Below are positions 22,823 through 35,175 of a DNA stretch of 64,000 bases, in pieces. Where the stretch lies: assembly GCF_025526975.1 (NCBI RefSeq), contig NW_026515670.1, positions 806,001 to 870,000 of the forward strand, given 5' to 3'. The notes under the pieces are model-generated. The model saw nothing but the letters and a program-made list of their open reading frames with translations, did not search any database and was not told the origin of the DNA. This DNA is from Fimicolochytrium jonesii. Lineage: Eukaryota. The number at the start of each line of letters is the position of its first letter. The stretch's first letter is position 1. The position numbers and the translations under genes are program-made.

Positions 22823-25800
22823 TCACGAGGACCTGAGAGACGCAGAATCGTCACCGTCCTCAGTACCGTCGCTGGGGAACAGCTTCTGGAGCCCCGGTAG
22901 CAGTTTGGGCAATCTATGGAACTTGTCCAAGTCCACGCGCATCAGATCGTAGGCGATTCCCACGTTCATGGCCGGAGCTCGATTCTCCTGGCTTTTGCCG
23001 TTGGATAACGTCCAATTTGGCAGTACGGGGATTTTGGGATACCTTTGCGAAAAGTGCGTGAGGAGGAGGTGCCGGACACGCATTCTGCCCAAAGAGAGGA
23101 GGGAGTTCATCTCAGAGGTCGAGGAAGAAGCCAGGTTGCAATGCAGACGCCGTACGTACCTTTTCCCAACATCAAGAGCTTCGCCGGTCGTACAATGCCT
23201 CTTCTCCTCGGCTTCTTTCTGCATCCCATCTTCGAGGGTTGCTTCATGGACACAGATTGTCGCATCTTTGCCAGCTTCCACCAGATCCTCGGATGGACGG
23301 CAGTCGCCGGAAAACCTGACGGGGTACATGAGTATCACGCGGCAGAGTTGTCGGAAGGGCATCAAAACAACGGTAGATTCACGTACACGAGTTTACAACC
23401 AGCGTGGGTCTTCAGGACCAGACCATATGCCATTGGACAATGGTGGACCCCCACTGTGGCAACAGACTGAAGGTGGAGGATCTCTTTGAGGCGTTGAATC
23501 CTGAAACCAACATGACGACAAGGTCAGCAATCCTCCAAACCAGCAAGGAAGATGTTTTAGCCACAAGACGTACGCCGAGTTCTCCTCCCCAATGAAGACT
23601 TCGCCCGTTTCCCTATTCCACCTCAAGAGCTCAGAATTGACCATGCTTACATGGCCTCCGCCGAAATCTTCGCAATCCCCGTACTCTTCCAGAAACTCGT
23701 TGAAGCGATATGGGGCAATGATAATCAGTGGCGATGGGTGGCCTCGATCTCGAAGCTGGGATTCAAGGAACAAAGGAACCGACATCTATCAGAGATTTCA
23801 AATCATGCTGTGTAAGCCAAGTTGAGAACGCCATACCTCAAACCAATGCTTGATGATTCTAATGAGTCCCAGATGGTGATCGGCATGCAAGTGCGAGAGA
23901 AAGATCAGCCGCAACTTGCCAATCTCCGTGTCCAACCCATCAGGACCAAAGTGCCGGTAAAGCTGACCAAGGGTGCCTTCGCCGCCGTCCAGTAAAATGT
24001 TTCCCTCGGGCAGTTTGATGAGTGTGGAACTCACTAAAACCCCATTATGTATCAGCAGCATGTTCGCACCAAACTTACTGCTGACTTTGAATACTCACCG
24101 TTCCTGTACTTCCCAGGGATAGCAGAGCCCGTTCCCAAAGGGATCACAGACACGCCTTCTTCATCTTCATTCCTACTTGCACCATTTTCGTTTCCATCGC
24201 TTAGGATGTAGCCCTCCAGCTGTTTTTTTGCTTGTGCTTGAATGTGAGGAAAGTCAAGCGGTTTCAAACATTCACTGAAATCCAGCTTAGGCGCCGGCTC
24301 GAGGATGTAGTTCGTTAAAGGAGCGGCAGCGATGACATTTTTCGGTATACCGGGGACTACATGAAAGATGGATAAGTTAGCGCCTCACTCTTTCGCGAGT
24401 TGTTGCCATCAAGAACACGCCTGAGCTGAGCGATTGCTCCGGTGTCTCATTACTATACGGCAACGGGAAGATTTCGTTATCCAGCATGTTCAGCCGATAT
24501 TGTAGCTTCCCTGCGGACACAGTTGTAACACTGGCCGGATTGTGCTTGCGACTTATGACGATATGCTGCAAGGATAATCAGATAACAACACGGCAAGACC
24601 GAATATGTCGAGACATACCTGCGTGTTCTCGCTGAACTTTTTCATCCAATTCTTGTAGCGAATATCGTCCAAAACACCCGGTCCTAGGATATGCACGACA
24701 CAGCGTACCGGTGCCTTGCCGCCTTGTATGTCCTGAAGCTGCGGCGACGTCGCTATTGGCGAGATGTATGATATGCTCGGACACTCTACAATCACGAACA
24801 CCTGCAGTCCATACAACAGTCAGCGCGTTGCATCCGGAGAGCTTCGTTTTCGTATAAGCCACTTACGGCCCCTGGCTTTTCTTCGCCTAGCACCTGATCT
24901 GGAACCACCGTCGTCCCATTCGCCAGGGTAACTGATTCGCCTCTCGCAAGTCGACCTGCGAAGAGCCCATGTAAGACGATATTTTTTTTGCAAAGTTCCT
25001 CTTACGCCTTTACTCACCACAATCTGGCCCTGGCTTGACACCCAAAGCTATAGCAGCCTTTGCATTGAACTTGCCGGGGACTTTCGGACCCCGACAGATA
25101 TAAGCGAGAATCGTGGGATCTTCCCTGGTTCTTGGTAATCGTGCCGCTTTCACTCGCCCAATCTCAGTATGTGGCTCCTGTCCGGGGGTGTTCTCAACTA
25201 CCGGCTGTATGTAAGCCTCCTGTCCCGGCCCAGCGGGGAACTCCATATGCACGGGAGCTGAGACGGGGGGTTCCCGAGCCGGTTCCGGGAGGGATGAGAG
25301 GGGATGCGATCCCCGACCTCCAGGAAACATTTTCTGCAAAACGGCTCTTCTCGCTGCATAGTCATTGAGTTCATCCTCGCTCTTCCTTTTCCGATTCACG
25401 GACGCAGCAACGTCCGCGACTGATGCGTCTGATGCGAAAGTAGCTCGCGTCTCGACCAATTCCGGCTTGATTTGGACTGGGAAGATCGTCAAGTTCTCAT
25501 CCTGGTATGTCTGTTGGGCTTCTATGTACTCTACAACGGTGACATCAACAGCTTCTCTGGACGACAGTATCAATGATAAACACGTTCATTTGGGTAGAAC
25601 ACAATCGGGGCGTCTCCGGCTACCTGTAGATGAAGTGACGGGTGGAGGCCATGGCATGCGTCATATTCCTCGGGCCATGTAAGCAAAGCGAATCAGTCCC
25701 TGCGTCCGCCAGTGTCAACAGCATCCCTGGAGGAGAAAGTTCAGAGTCACTCCCGCGATCTAGGCGACATCACGACAGACCTACCAGGTAGGCCACCGAT

Positions 25801-26151
25801 ACAATCCCACGCGACACGAGTGAAGAACACATTCTGGACTTTGCTCAGACGCACTTTATGTTCGTGACAGAACCGCTGCGTCCCCTCTCCGCAATTGAAT
25901 AGATACCGCTGGGAGTCGAAGTGCACGAGCACAGTTGGGCTTGTATCGACCGAGTCGACACCTAACACTTGCAGATAATACCGCATATTTGCAGGTCGGG
26001 TGGTGCTGAACAGTCGAGTGGCAAAGAACTTAGGGGTCCTGGGCACCGTTTGTTGCTTGAAATACCGAGAGAAGGTCGAGCAGCCCCGTGGTCGGGATTC
26101 GGGGAAGATGGCAGAAAGGGAGGACGCGAAGCCGGCCAACCTTGGACTCAT
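22823..26151 (-). CDS. TRZ1: tRNase Z, long form (ELAC2/Trz1), multi-exon
   Basis: YLFNCGEGTQR, GKFNAKAAIALGVKPGP, LGTGSAIPGKYRN, LLDGGEGT, SHLHADHHLG, FSGDCRP, HEAT and LTHFSQRYPK. Confidence 0.95.
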
Positions 26152-26894
26152 ACGAGTACGACGCAACTTCTAGGCTTGAGACGGTCAGAGCAACTTTGGC
26201 TGTTCAGGTGAGCGTATGATTAATATACGTTGAGGTTTCGCCCGCCTGGGAGCAAATGCGCAACCATTCCAAGTCGTTGTTGACAGTTCAACACAAAGCC
26301 AACGCTAAGCCTTGTCTCCTCCGACCCTCCGAAAAACCCCTCGCGCGCGTTTGCTCTTATTCTCATCAACCGCGGGCCGTCAGTGCCCGTCACACACTTC
26401 CCACCTCCCTCCAAGCGGAACCCACCTCCTCACAACGTTAATGACTGCCGCTCAGATAAGTCGATGTGTAGTGACAAGAAGTTTGCAGCCCCGTAACTTG
26501 CGGCGACGTCATAGTAATACTATACTCGTAAGGCGCTACCATTTTGAAGCCCCAAACTGCCGCGGTCCTATGATTCTAGCGCCGGCGGTGTGTCAAACAT
26601 GAGAACACGCGGTGAGTTCAACTTGGTCAAAATTATGCATGTCAAGATCTTACCTAAGCGGCGGCCTGCGCTGTCGCTCCTTGCAACAGAGCACACGGCT
26701 TTCGTCTTATGGATTGAAGCTTCACAACTGACATACGCGAACGAACTTGCGTGATCAGCAACACACACTAGGTGAGAATCGACGACAGAAGACAGAACGT
26801 ACGAACGAGCAGGATCGATAGCCATAGCAGAGGAGAAGAGGCGCTGAGATGGATGGATAGATGGATAGGATGGATGGTTGTAGGGACTGAATGA

Positions 26895-27075
26895 CGATTG
26901 CGACATGACATTCTTCGACGAACCATTCGACGAAAACATGCCACTCGACAGCAGTAGCGCTCCGCATTGAAAGAGGACCGGCTACGACCTCTGTGGACCG
27001 TTCTCAATGACTCAGGGGCTTGTGGGATGCGTTTTCACGGCAGGGGGAGTTTCCACCTCTTGCAAACCAACAATT
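26895..27075 (+). ncRNA. Candidate H/ACA-type snoRNA in the 5'UTR intron of RPL12
   Basis: Three hairpins folded by eye, an H box ACAGCA at 26948-26953 after hairpin 1, and ACA at 27070-27072 after hairpin 3. It lies between a donor (GTGAGA, 26772) and a branch/acceptor (GCTGAT 27214, CAG 27243). No rRNA target was identified. Confidence 0.4.
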
Positions 27076-27248
27076 ATGGGCGGCTCTCGGTGATTGTTGT
27101 TGGCGATTGCAGACCGAGACCGACCGAAGAAATGGGTGGTACCAGAGCGGGAGGGAACTATAGAAGATGCATAACGGCGAGAAGACGAAGACTCTGTTCG
27201 ACGGAAAGAGATGGCTGATCAACCTTTGGCCTCTCGTTTGCAGCCAAC

Positions 27249-27962
27249 ATGCCTCCCAAGTTCGACCCCTCCGCAATCCAGTACGTCGTCCTCCGTACTA
27301 CTGGAGGTGAAGTTGCTGGTGGTTCCGCTCTTGCCCCCAAGATCGGTCCTCTTGGTTTGGTATGTACTTTTCGAAGCTGCAAATTCCAACTGCTACGAAG
27401 GAAACAGGCGAGTCTGACATATATCACGATCACAGTCCCCCAAGAAGGTCGGTGAAGACATCGCCAAGGCCACCAAGGAGTACAAGGGTCTGAGGATCAC
27501 CGTCCGCCTGGTGATCCAGAACCGTCAGGCCGCTGTTGAGGTTCTTCCCAGTGCCTCCTCCCTGGTCATCCAGGCGTTGAAGGAGCCCCCAAGGGACCGT
27601 AAGAAGGAGAAGAACAGTAAGCATCCATAAATGGATTCACATATCGTTCCCGTACAGAGGCTAATATGTTTCCCTCCTTTTCTCAGTCAAGCACTCTGGA
27701 AACTTGACTTTGGACCAGATCATTGATGTTGCTCGCAAGATGCGTTTCAAGTCCCTCGCCAAGGAGTTGAAGGGCACCGTCAGGGAAATCCTCGGAACCG
27801 CTTTCTCCGTCGGTTGCACTGTTGATGGCCAGTCCCCACAGGACATCAGCGAGAAAGTCGCCTCTGGTGTAAGTGAAGCTTTTGCCGGTTCATGCGGTTG
27901 TCATCGCGAATGGTGTCTCATCTGTTTTGCATCTACAGGAAATCGAAATCCCCGAGGAATAG
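27249..27962 (+). CDS. RPL12: 60S ribosomal protein L12 (uL11), 4 coding exons
   Basis: [73 protein letters not shown]. Confidence 0.98.
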
Positions 27963-29957
27963 ATATTCTCAACTTTCTGTACATGTTTTTTCAATATATC
28001 CTTGAAAATACACCGATATAGTCGACATGCATTTGGTCTACTGCTTCGATGTGGAATCATTTTGGTCGAAATTCTGAGCGACACGATTGGCGGCTGGGTT
28101 TATCGACGGGACAAAGGACTGGCGATTGAGGACAGCAGGACTCGGATGCAAGCGGACCGGTATATATTCGTCGCGTAGATGGGAGAGTGAGTTGTGATGG
28201 ACTCCTTGGACAGGCGAGGTCGGGGCAGATGAATGCTGTGCACGAAAGAATGTGGGGGTTGATGCTGAGTGGGGTTCCTTTCCACAAGTTTGCTGCCGTC
28301 CGGATATCCTAATCCTGAGCTGCAAATCCAAATTCGATGCAGCAGAACCTCGTACCCACAAGATTAGACCCAAGCGAAATTACAGAACGTCCCGAGGCGC
28401 ACGCAACCGCACACTGCAGAGGCTCGTCCGTCGATCGGTGAGTGGATAGAAACCGTGACTGGGTCGTACCTACACACTTGGTACCGCGCTATGCCTCGTA
28501 TGCAACAATATCCACAGCGCGGAGGCCAGTTGCACACCAACCAGTGCTTTACCGCATCGCTTTTGTAGCTCAGCGTCTTGCAGCCGTTGGGAGCGAGGGT
28601 TCAAGGTAAGCCCGTTAGCTTGTTTTGTGGTGACCTGTGAGTTTGGAGAACGGAGACGAGCAATCACATGGGCGAGCGTTAAACAACAGCTTGTTACTAA
28701 TGCACGTCGCCATCGATGTCATGTTTTGTAGCAAAGGAACCAACGGCCCGTTTCGCGTTTGCAATTTTTTCTCTTTCTTCCCCATCCACGCTTGCTTATG
28801 GGAGGACGTGGATCCCTCTTCATAACATGTTGCTCATAGGAGTCAGGATCCCATATACTGTACAGTGTACAGTACCTGCTTACGGCTTTCGTAACTCGTT
28901 AGCAGCCATCGATGTCGTTGGTCCAAGATTCCAATCTCCGAATTTAGAGTCGGTGGAGCATATGGAGATGATGATGATTTACCACCGCCTCCTGGGCGGA
29001 ATCAGGGGGCGCGGTGACGATTGCCAACCCCCACTTTTGTTCTGTGGAAGAGAGTGGATTGATGAGGGAGGCGCGGCCCAGTCGCTTCTGTTTGTGTCCC
29101 CCCCGCGCGCCTAATACGTAGCTAGCCCACTACTTCTAAACAGAAATCCATCCCATCTCCAGAGACAGAGAGGCCGCTTTTTCTTCCCCAGCGGACTTTA
29201 CACGTATCGCACTGACATCCCACTCAGTCTGACAAACCATCCTTCCGTCGGCCCTTATAACAAAACGCATCCCTGCGCTAGGCTCTCTCGCTGACAACCC
29301 AAGCAAGCACACTGCAAACCCTCGTCGTTCACCTCTTTGTTCATACCTTCATGACTCGTGATTGCCCTCTGGCTGCCCTCCGACCTATCAACTCTCACAA
29401 CACTCGTCTTCACGGACTTCGCTGCCTCCTCCTTCGCACCGTCGCAGGCAACAACGACGGCGGATAAAGAACCTTATCCCTCCTTTACCATCTTATCCCA
29501 CGACCAAGTCTCAGAAGAAGGAACGACAATCGTCTCGAAAGTCGCTGTTTCTTGTTCTACGTTTCCCCTTCCAAATTCAGTAATCCCCCATCCGCACGCT
29601 CGACTCGGACGCAGCGTGTGCAGGTCCCACTCCGTGTCAAAAAACTGGCAACACCTTTCTCTCCGTCTCAGCTCCCCGGCCCCCGGCGGAGTTCCACATT
29701 TCGATGGGCTGACTGCTCTACCTCCCACCCCGATTCCCCTCTCAGTGTGCTAGCCGCTGCGGGTGCTAGTGCGCTTAACAACCCAGTAAAGAAGCGCTCT
29801 TACGTTCTCGTGAAGAGCGATCTGGAGCCAGATTAATATCCTTTGGAGCTTGGAACTGTCGATTCCATATCTCACACTCATATACTCGAAAGAACTCTCG
29901 TACATACGCACATACCCTTCCGCGAAGGAAATTCGACTTCTGACGCAAATATCAGAG

Positions 29958-30814
29958 ATGTCTGTTACTTCTGTCACCGCTACTGCTACTACCACCAAGC
30001 CTCTCACCATCAAAATGCCTGGTAAGTTGGGTGATAAAATGTCGGTTATCTCTCTACATCAGCCAATTCTAATCACCTTGACGTTATTGCAGCCGCCATT
30101 CCCTTCGCAAGAATCATGTCGACGGTTGAACATCACAACCTCCGGTTCGTGATCCTCGATTGCCCCACGGCCAACACTCTGCCGCTCTACCTTCAGGAGC
30201 TGCAGCAGCGAGGCGTCACCGATGTCGTCCGGCTCTGCGAGCCCACCTATGACAAAACCGTCCTCGAAGCCAACGGCATCCAGGTCCACGATTGGCCCTT
30301 CAAGGATGGCGGTATCCCTCCGCAAAACATCCTGCACAGCTTCCTTAGTCTGTGCGATGAGCGCTTCGGCGGGCTTGTTACACCTCCCAAGGACTACGTC
30401 GAGGGGACCGGCCCCGTGATTGCCGTCCACTGCGTCGCTGGGCTAGGCCGCGCACCCGTTCTCGTCACCGCTGCCCTCGTCGAAGCCGGCATGGTGCCTC
30501 TCGACGCCGTTGAGTTCGTTCGTCGTCGTCGCCGTGGAGCCCTCAACTCTGTGCAGTTGAGCTGGATGGTGGACAGCTACAAACGCCAATGGAAGCGCTC
30601 TGCCACCAAGACGGGCATCACGGGCATCGGCATGGGTTCCTTCTTGACCAAGAAGGCCGCTAACAACCATACCGATGACATTCCCCTCGGATCGACCACA
30701 AAGGCCGACAAGGGGTCCGCGCCATCCACCAACGTCTCTCTGATGGGCAATCTCGGACGCCGCATGTTCAAGATCGGTCGCTCCCGCGCTGCTACCGATC
30801 AAGTTGCGGTGTAA
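29958..30814 (+). CDS. PRL/PTP4A-type protein tyrosine phosphatase, 2 coding exons (start at 29958 or 30015)
   Basis: LRFVILDCPT, VVRLCEPTY, DWPFKDG, AVHCVAGLGRAPVLV and RRRRGALNSVQL are PRL signature motifs. Confidence 0.92.
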
Positions 30815-31348
30815 TGGCCTTGTTTCCCCCCCGCTGTTGAACTTTTGAAGTTTAGGCTGTCACTTCGTGTCGATCACCCACCCCTTACTTTGTGTAGTTT
30901 TTTCCCTTCTGTCTTTTCTGATGATCGGGCCTGTAACGCGATATCTGCCCTCATAATCTTTAATGAAGAAGCTTCTATTTATCTGCTGGAAGGTGAACGT
31001 ATATCTGAGCTTGATAAATTTTTGGTAAAATTGGGATCTGGCAGAACGGTCGATGCATACCCAGTCAACGTCATAGTGATCAAAGCCGTTGATTTTGATT
31101 AGAGGAGATGACCACGAAATACTGCAGTTTATGGGGTTGAAACGAAAAGGACCTGCCCTTTGCCAACGCTTTCTACAAACGCAATGAGTTGACGATCTAC
31201 ATTATAATGGTCCTGAACTGAGACCATTTAGCTACGCTATATCCTAGTTCACGCCGTGCGAGTATGTCCGGTCTAAATTCATCTACATTCCAATCTAACC
31301 CTACGCCGCGCATCATCCAAAGCCTACTCGTTCCAACCTCGTTCCAAC

Positions 31349-33537
31349 CTACTTCCGTCTAGTGTCATGGAAATACTCATGCGGCGGTGGGGCATACGTC
31401 TGCCTCACCGTCCTAACCTTGAACTTCTCCAAATCTACCGAGCCCAACGGCGGCGGCGGCGGAGACAGGGCGCTACTCGGTCCCGCACCACCACTGCTCG
31501 CCGCACTGCCCGCACCAACCCCCCAGGTCTCGCCACTCGCATCCGACCGCATTGTGCCGCTGGTCATCGTATCATGCGTCGTGTAGCTGTTGTAATTGTA
31601 ACCCGCACCGTTGGGGCGGATGTTGTGGGTGTTGTTGCGGGTGAGGGAAGGTAAGGACGGGGCGGTGGTGTCGTCGTCGTAGTCGAGGATGTTGGCGCTG
31701 TAGCCTTGGTAGGAGTTTTGTTGGTGGCGGAGGGACGGTTTGCGCTCTACTGGTGAGTTGTACGCGGGGGTGTATGGCAATGGTGAACGCACGGAGGGTT
31801 TACGGCCAATGACGGGAGCGGTGTAGGCCTCGTATGTCGAGGCCTGCGGTTGGCGGACAGAGGGCTTGCGCCTGCTCTGCGATGGGTTGCGCGAGAAATT
31901 GTCAGGGTCCAGGGCAGCGATAGGTCGCGCGAGGGAGGTCGACCGCGGACGACGAGAGTACGAGTCGTAGGTATCGCTGTCAGCGGCCCACTGGTCGTGG
32001 GGGTGTGGCGAGATCTGTTGCGCCCCGTCGTTGTTGGCGCGCGGTTTCTTGGCGGTGCCGTAGGTGTCGACGCAGGCGAGCGGGAAGGAGCCTTCTTGTT
32101 TTGTGGTCATGTTGAAGCCGTAGCCCCATCCGTCGTCAAATTTGCATTTCACGATGACTGGATCGCCGATGTCTGTGATAGGGTTTGACAGTGAGGTTTG
32201 GTTCCCTCGTTTCCGAACACACACCGAAGAACAAAAGACAGCAGTGACTTACAGAGGTAGATCTCATCAGCAAGATTCGGCACGTAGTTATAGACCACTT
32301 CCATCGTCTCGGCAATTTGAATCGGCTCACCCACATCCTCCCGCGGGGCGGCGACCCCCATCATAGCCGCCGCTCCCAGGGTACCTTGTTCCCCATTGAA
32401 CGTGTTTTGTCTCATCGGCAAACTGCGCTCGGAGGCGTTCCTCTGCAGCAAGTTAGTCTTCGAGGATGCGGTGTTTTGTCTTGAACTTAGCCCCCGCGTC
32501 AATGTTGGGGTGGAGTGATTTGAGAAGTTGGACTGAGTAGCCGAGAAGCCAGTCGGTGCCTTTCGCTTTTTGTGCGATCGCTTGACTAGGAACACCACAA
32601 GCAGGCAAATGAGGATGAGACCCACGGCACCTCCGGCGATGGCGATGATGATGGGGGTTGACACGGCAGGTTTGGACGAGCCGGATGATGGGGCGTCGGT
32701 GGTTGGGGCCCCTGCGGTAGTGATGGGGTCGACGACGGTCACGCCGTTGGGGACGCTGATGGGCTGCCCGGCGAGCTTAGCTTGGTGGGCGGTGCAGCAT
32801 GCGTCGGCTTTTGTGCTGGCGTCACTGCAGTATTTGCTCGCGTCCGCTTCGGCGGCAAAACCACACATTGCCCATTCGTCGTCCAGGGCGGGGATGCAGT
32901 TCACCGAGGAAGTAAGACTGTACGACATCAAATAGGTCATGTCAGTCATGTTAATGAGAACTGAGGGAGAGAGTCAAAGATGACAAACCTGCTGGCATAC
33001 GCCTGCGTCGCTGCGTCAAGGGTCCTAGCCTGGCCAGCAGGACACACACTGTTATCCGCAAAAATCTTGTTAAGAGAAGCAATGGCAGCATCGGCCGTCG
33101 CCTTACACAACGGAATTGGCGGGGCGGTGCCCGGGTTGCAAGAATTCGCACCGCTCGTGGCGGATGCGATGATTGATCCACACAGCACCGAAATATGGTA
33201 TCGTCGCCCCGCTCCCGCGTAAGTTGGGCACCCATACTGGTTGCGGAAGGCGGCTTGACCCGCCGGATTGCTGTCGAACTGGTTCAGGATGTAGGCCTCG
33301 AAGGATGCGGCATCGGAGTAGTCGGCTGTCGCTGGGACAGAGTATCCTGGATATGGATAATGGCAGGTCAGAAGGCGACCGAACACTAAGAAACCTCCGA
33401 CTGTCAAGCTCACCACCCCAGTTCTTGCACACGGACATGGTGGACAAGGTCACACATGTCCCGGTCGTCGTTTGCGCTTGTGCGTTGGAGGCCAGCAGGG
33501 CGACGCCCGCAGTGCACAGTGTGCTCAAAAGCTTCAT
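31349..33537 (-). CDS. Single-pass membrane protein: signal peptide, Cys-rich ectodomain, TM helix, cytosolic SH3 domain, low-complexity tail
   Basis: Signal MKLLSTLCTAGVALLASNAQA, Cys-rich exons and TM IIIAIAGGAVGLILICLLVVFLV. The SH3 (VVYNYVPNLADEIYL|..GDPVIVKCKFDDGWGYG..EGSFPLACV) is split by an intron. Confidence 0.85.
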
Positions 33538-35175
33538 GTTGGAGTATTTAGAGGTATGAAATGCAATCCTGCCGTATGCTGTCACACTTTCTTCCCTTTC
33601 GCGAAAGCGCTGCGAAATGGCGATGCTCTATCTATTCTATGAGGACTTTCTCTCCGCCGACCTCCTTAGCCTGTCTACTGTACAGGACGCCTGCTCTCTC
33701 TTTCGCCAAGCCGGAGATGGCCTTTCCAGTTGTCTTTGACTTCCTCTGGGTCTCCGTGAGCCCTTTCCTTGCCCGGGGCCCTTTCCTTGCCAGGCGTCTT
33801 GAACACCGCAGGCGCGTCCAGATTTATTTTGGTGTGCGCTGACGCCCAGAACGCCAACGTGCTGCCAATCCCCTAAATGAATGACCCTCGCACGGACAAA
33901 CCATAAGTACACACATTGCCCGCCTTTTCCGGCTCCTATCTATATCATATCTATGTATGGGCTCTGGTAACATGAAGTTCCTGGATCCAATCCCAATCAT
34001 CAAGGTGTCCTCTCCGCGCACCACAAACTCATATCGGCCGCTAATGTAAAATGATCAGATCCGCTTGTGGGCTGCGGATTCCGGACCGCTGGGGACTCCG
34101 AGTCCTGTCTAGTAAAATTTCCTAAACGGCAGTGGTCACGAATCGCAACTTGCTCTTCGGAAATAAATTCACCAGTGGTCGCCAGCAGGAGTGAGCTGTC
34201 AAATTTTTCTCCTCGGATGTTTCGCCGCCGGTGACCTTCCACCTCCCATTGATTCTGGAGATTGGAACGCTGTTTACCGGCCTCCGAAACTCCATCCAAC
34301 AACCATCGTTTCGACTTGAGGCTTGGCTTTTTCCATGTGGCTTTGGGCCGCTGTTAAAGTTGATGCCCCAGCGGTTGAAGGCACTTTGACCAGGAAATCC
34401 GATTATTATTGCCGATCATTGGTCTAAATCCGAGTTGGCGGTATTGGAATCTAAGTGCCGGTTAAGGTACCTGAGAGCCTGAGACTGCGGCGCGGCGCGG
34501 GGTGCAATTTATTATGTGCCGTCCGCCTCCAAGCCTTGGTCTTTCTCACGGAAAGGTTGGCGAAGGACATCGTGTCGATTGCGGTCGCTGTCTACCAAGC
34601 ACCGTGTCATCAGACCAACGGCAACAGCAGAAGAGTGCTGGAAGAGTTCGATAGGGGTTGCTTTAGTCGCGGTAGTATAGTGTAGAACTTCGCGTGTGAG
34701 CTCGACATTGGCACTGAGACCGAACTGCAAAGGTACATTGACTCACAGGAGTGAATTGCCCTGCGTCACTAGAGGAAGAGTTGAGGGGTTACGACCACTC
34801 GTAGCGGACGAGGAAGGAGCAGGGCAAAGGTGTTTATCGAACTGGGACTGCATCTCGCGTGTGCCAAGAATCGCGGCGAGCCGCAAAGGAAGGGAAGCCG
34901 CTCGAACTTGAGGCTGTGAGGGAAACCGAATGAGTTGGGGTTTCCGTTTATAGTCAGATGGTGGATCCTCTTTCAACGCTAGCATACCGCCCTCTCAGCA
35001 ATCAGCTTTAAAACTGTTCGGAGAATCGAGTTACCGTTGGGCTGACATTCCTTGTCCATTTCGCAGAGCACTACCAGTTTCTTGCTGTCCCGCCACGGTT
35101 TGAGACTTTAGACGAGATATAGGTTCGGACTTGCAGCGATATTGATTCCATCGACCGAGAAGGAGATCGGGCAGG

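Noticed and set aside
26848..26878. (GATG/GATA)n tract
   Set aside because: Short imperfect microsatellite in an intron, with no further significance evident.
26895..27075. Identification as snR30/U17, RNase MRP/P or snR34/U65
   Set aside because: Only partial words match (AAACCA, GGGGCTT, TGCCAC). The partner motifs and spacing are missing, so no family is assigned.
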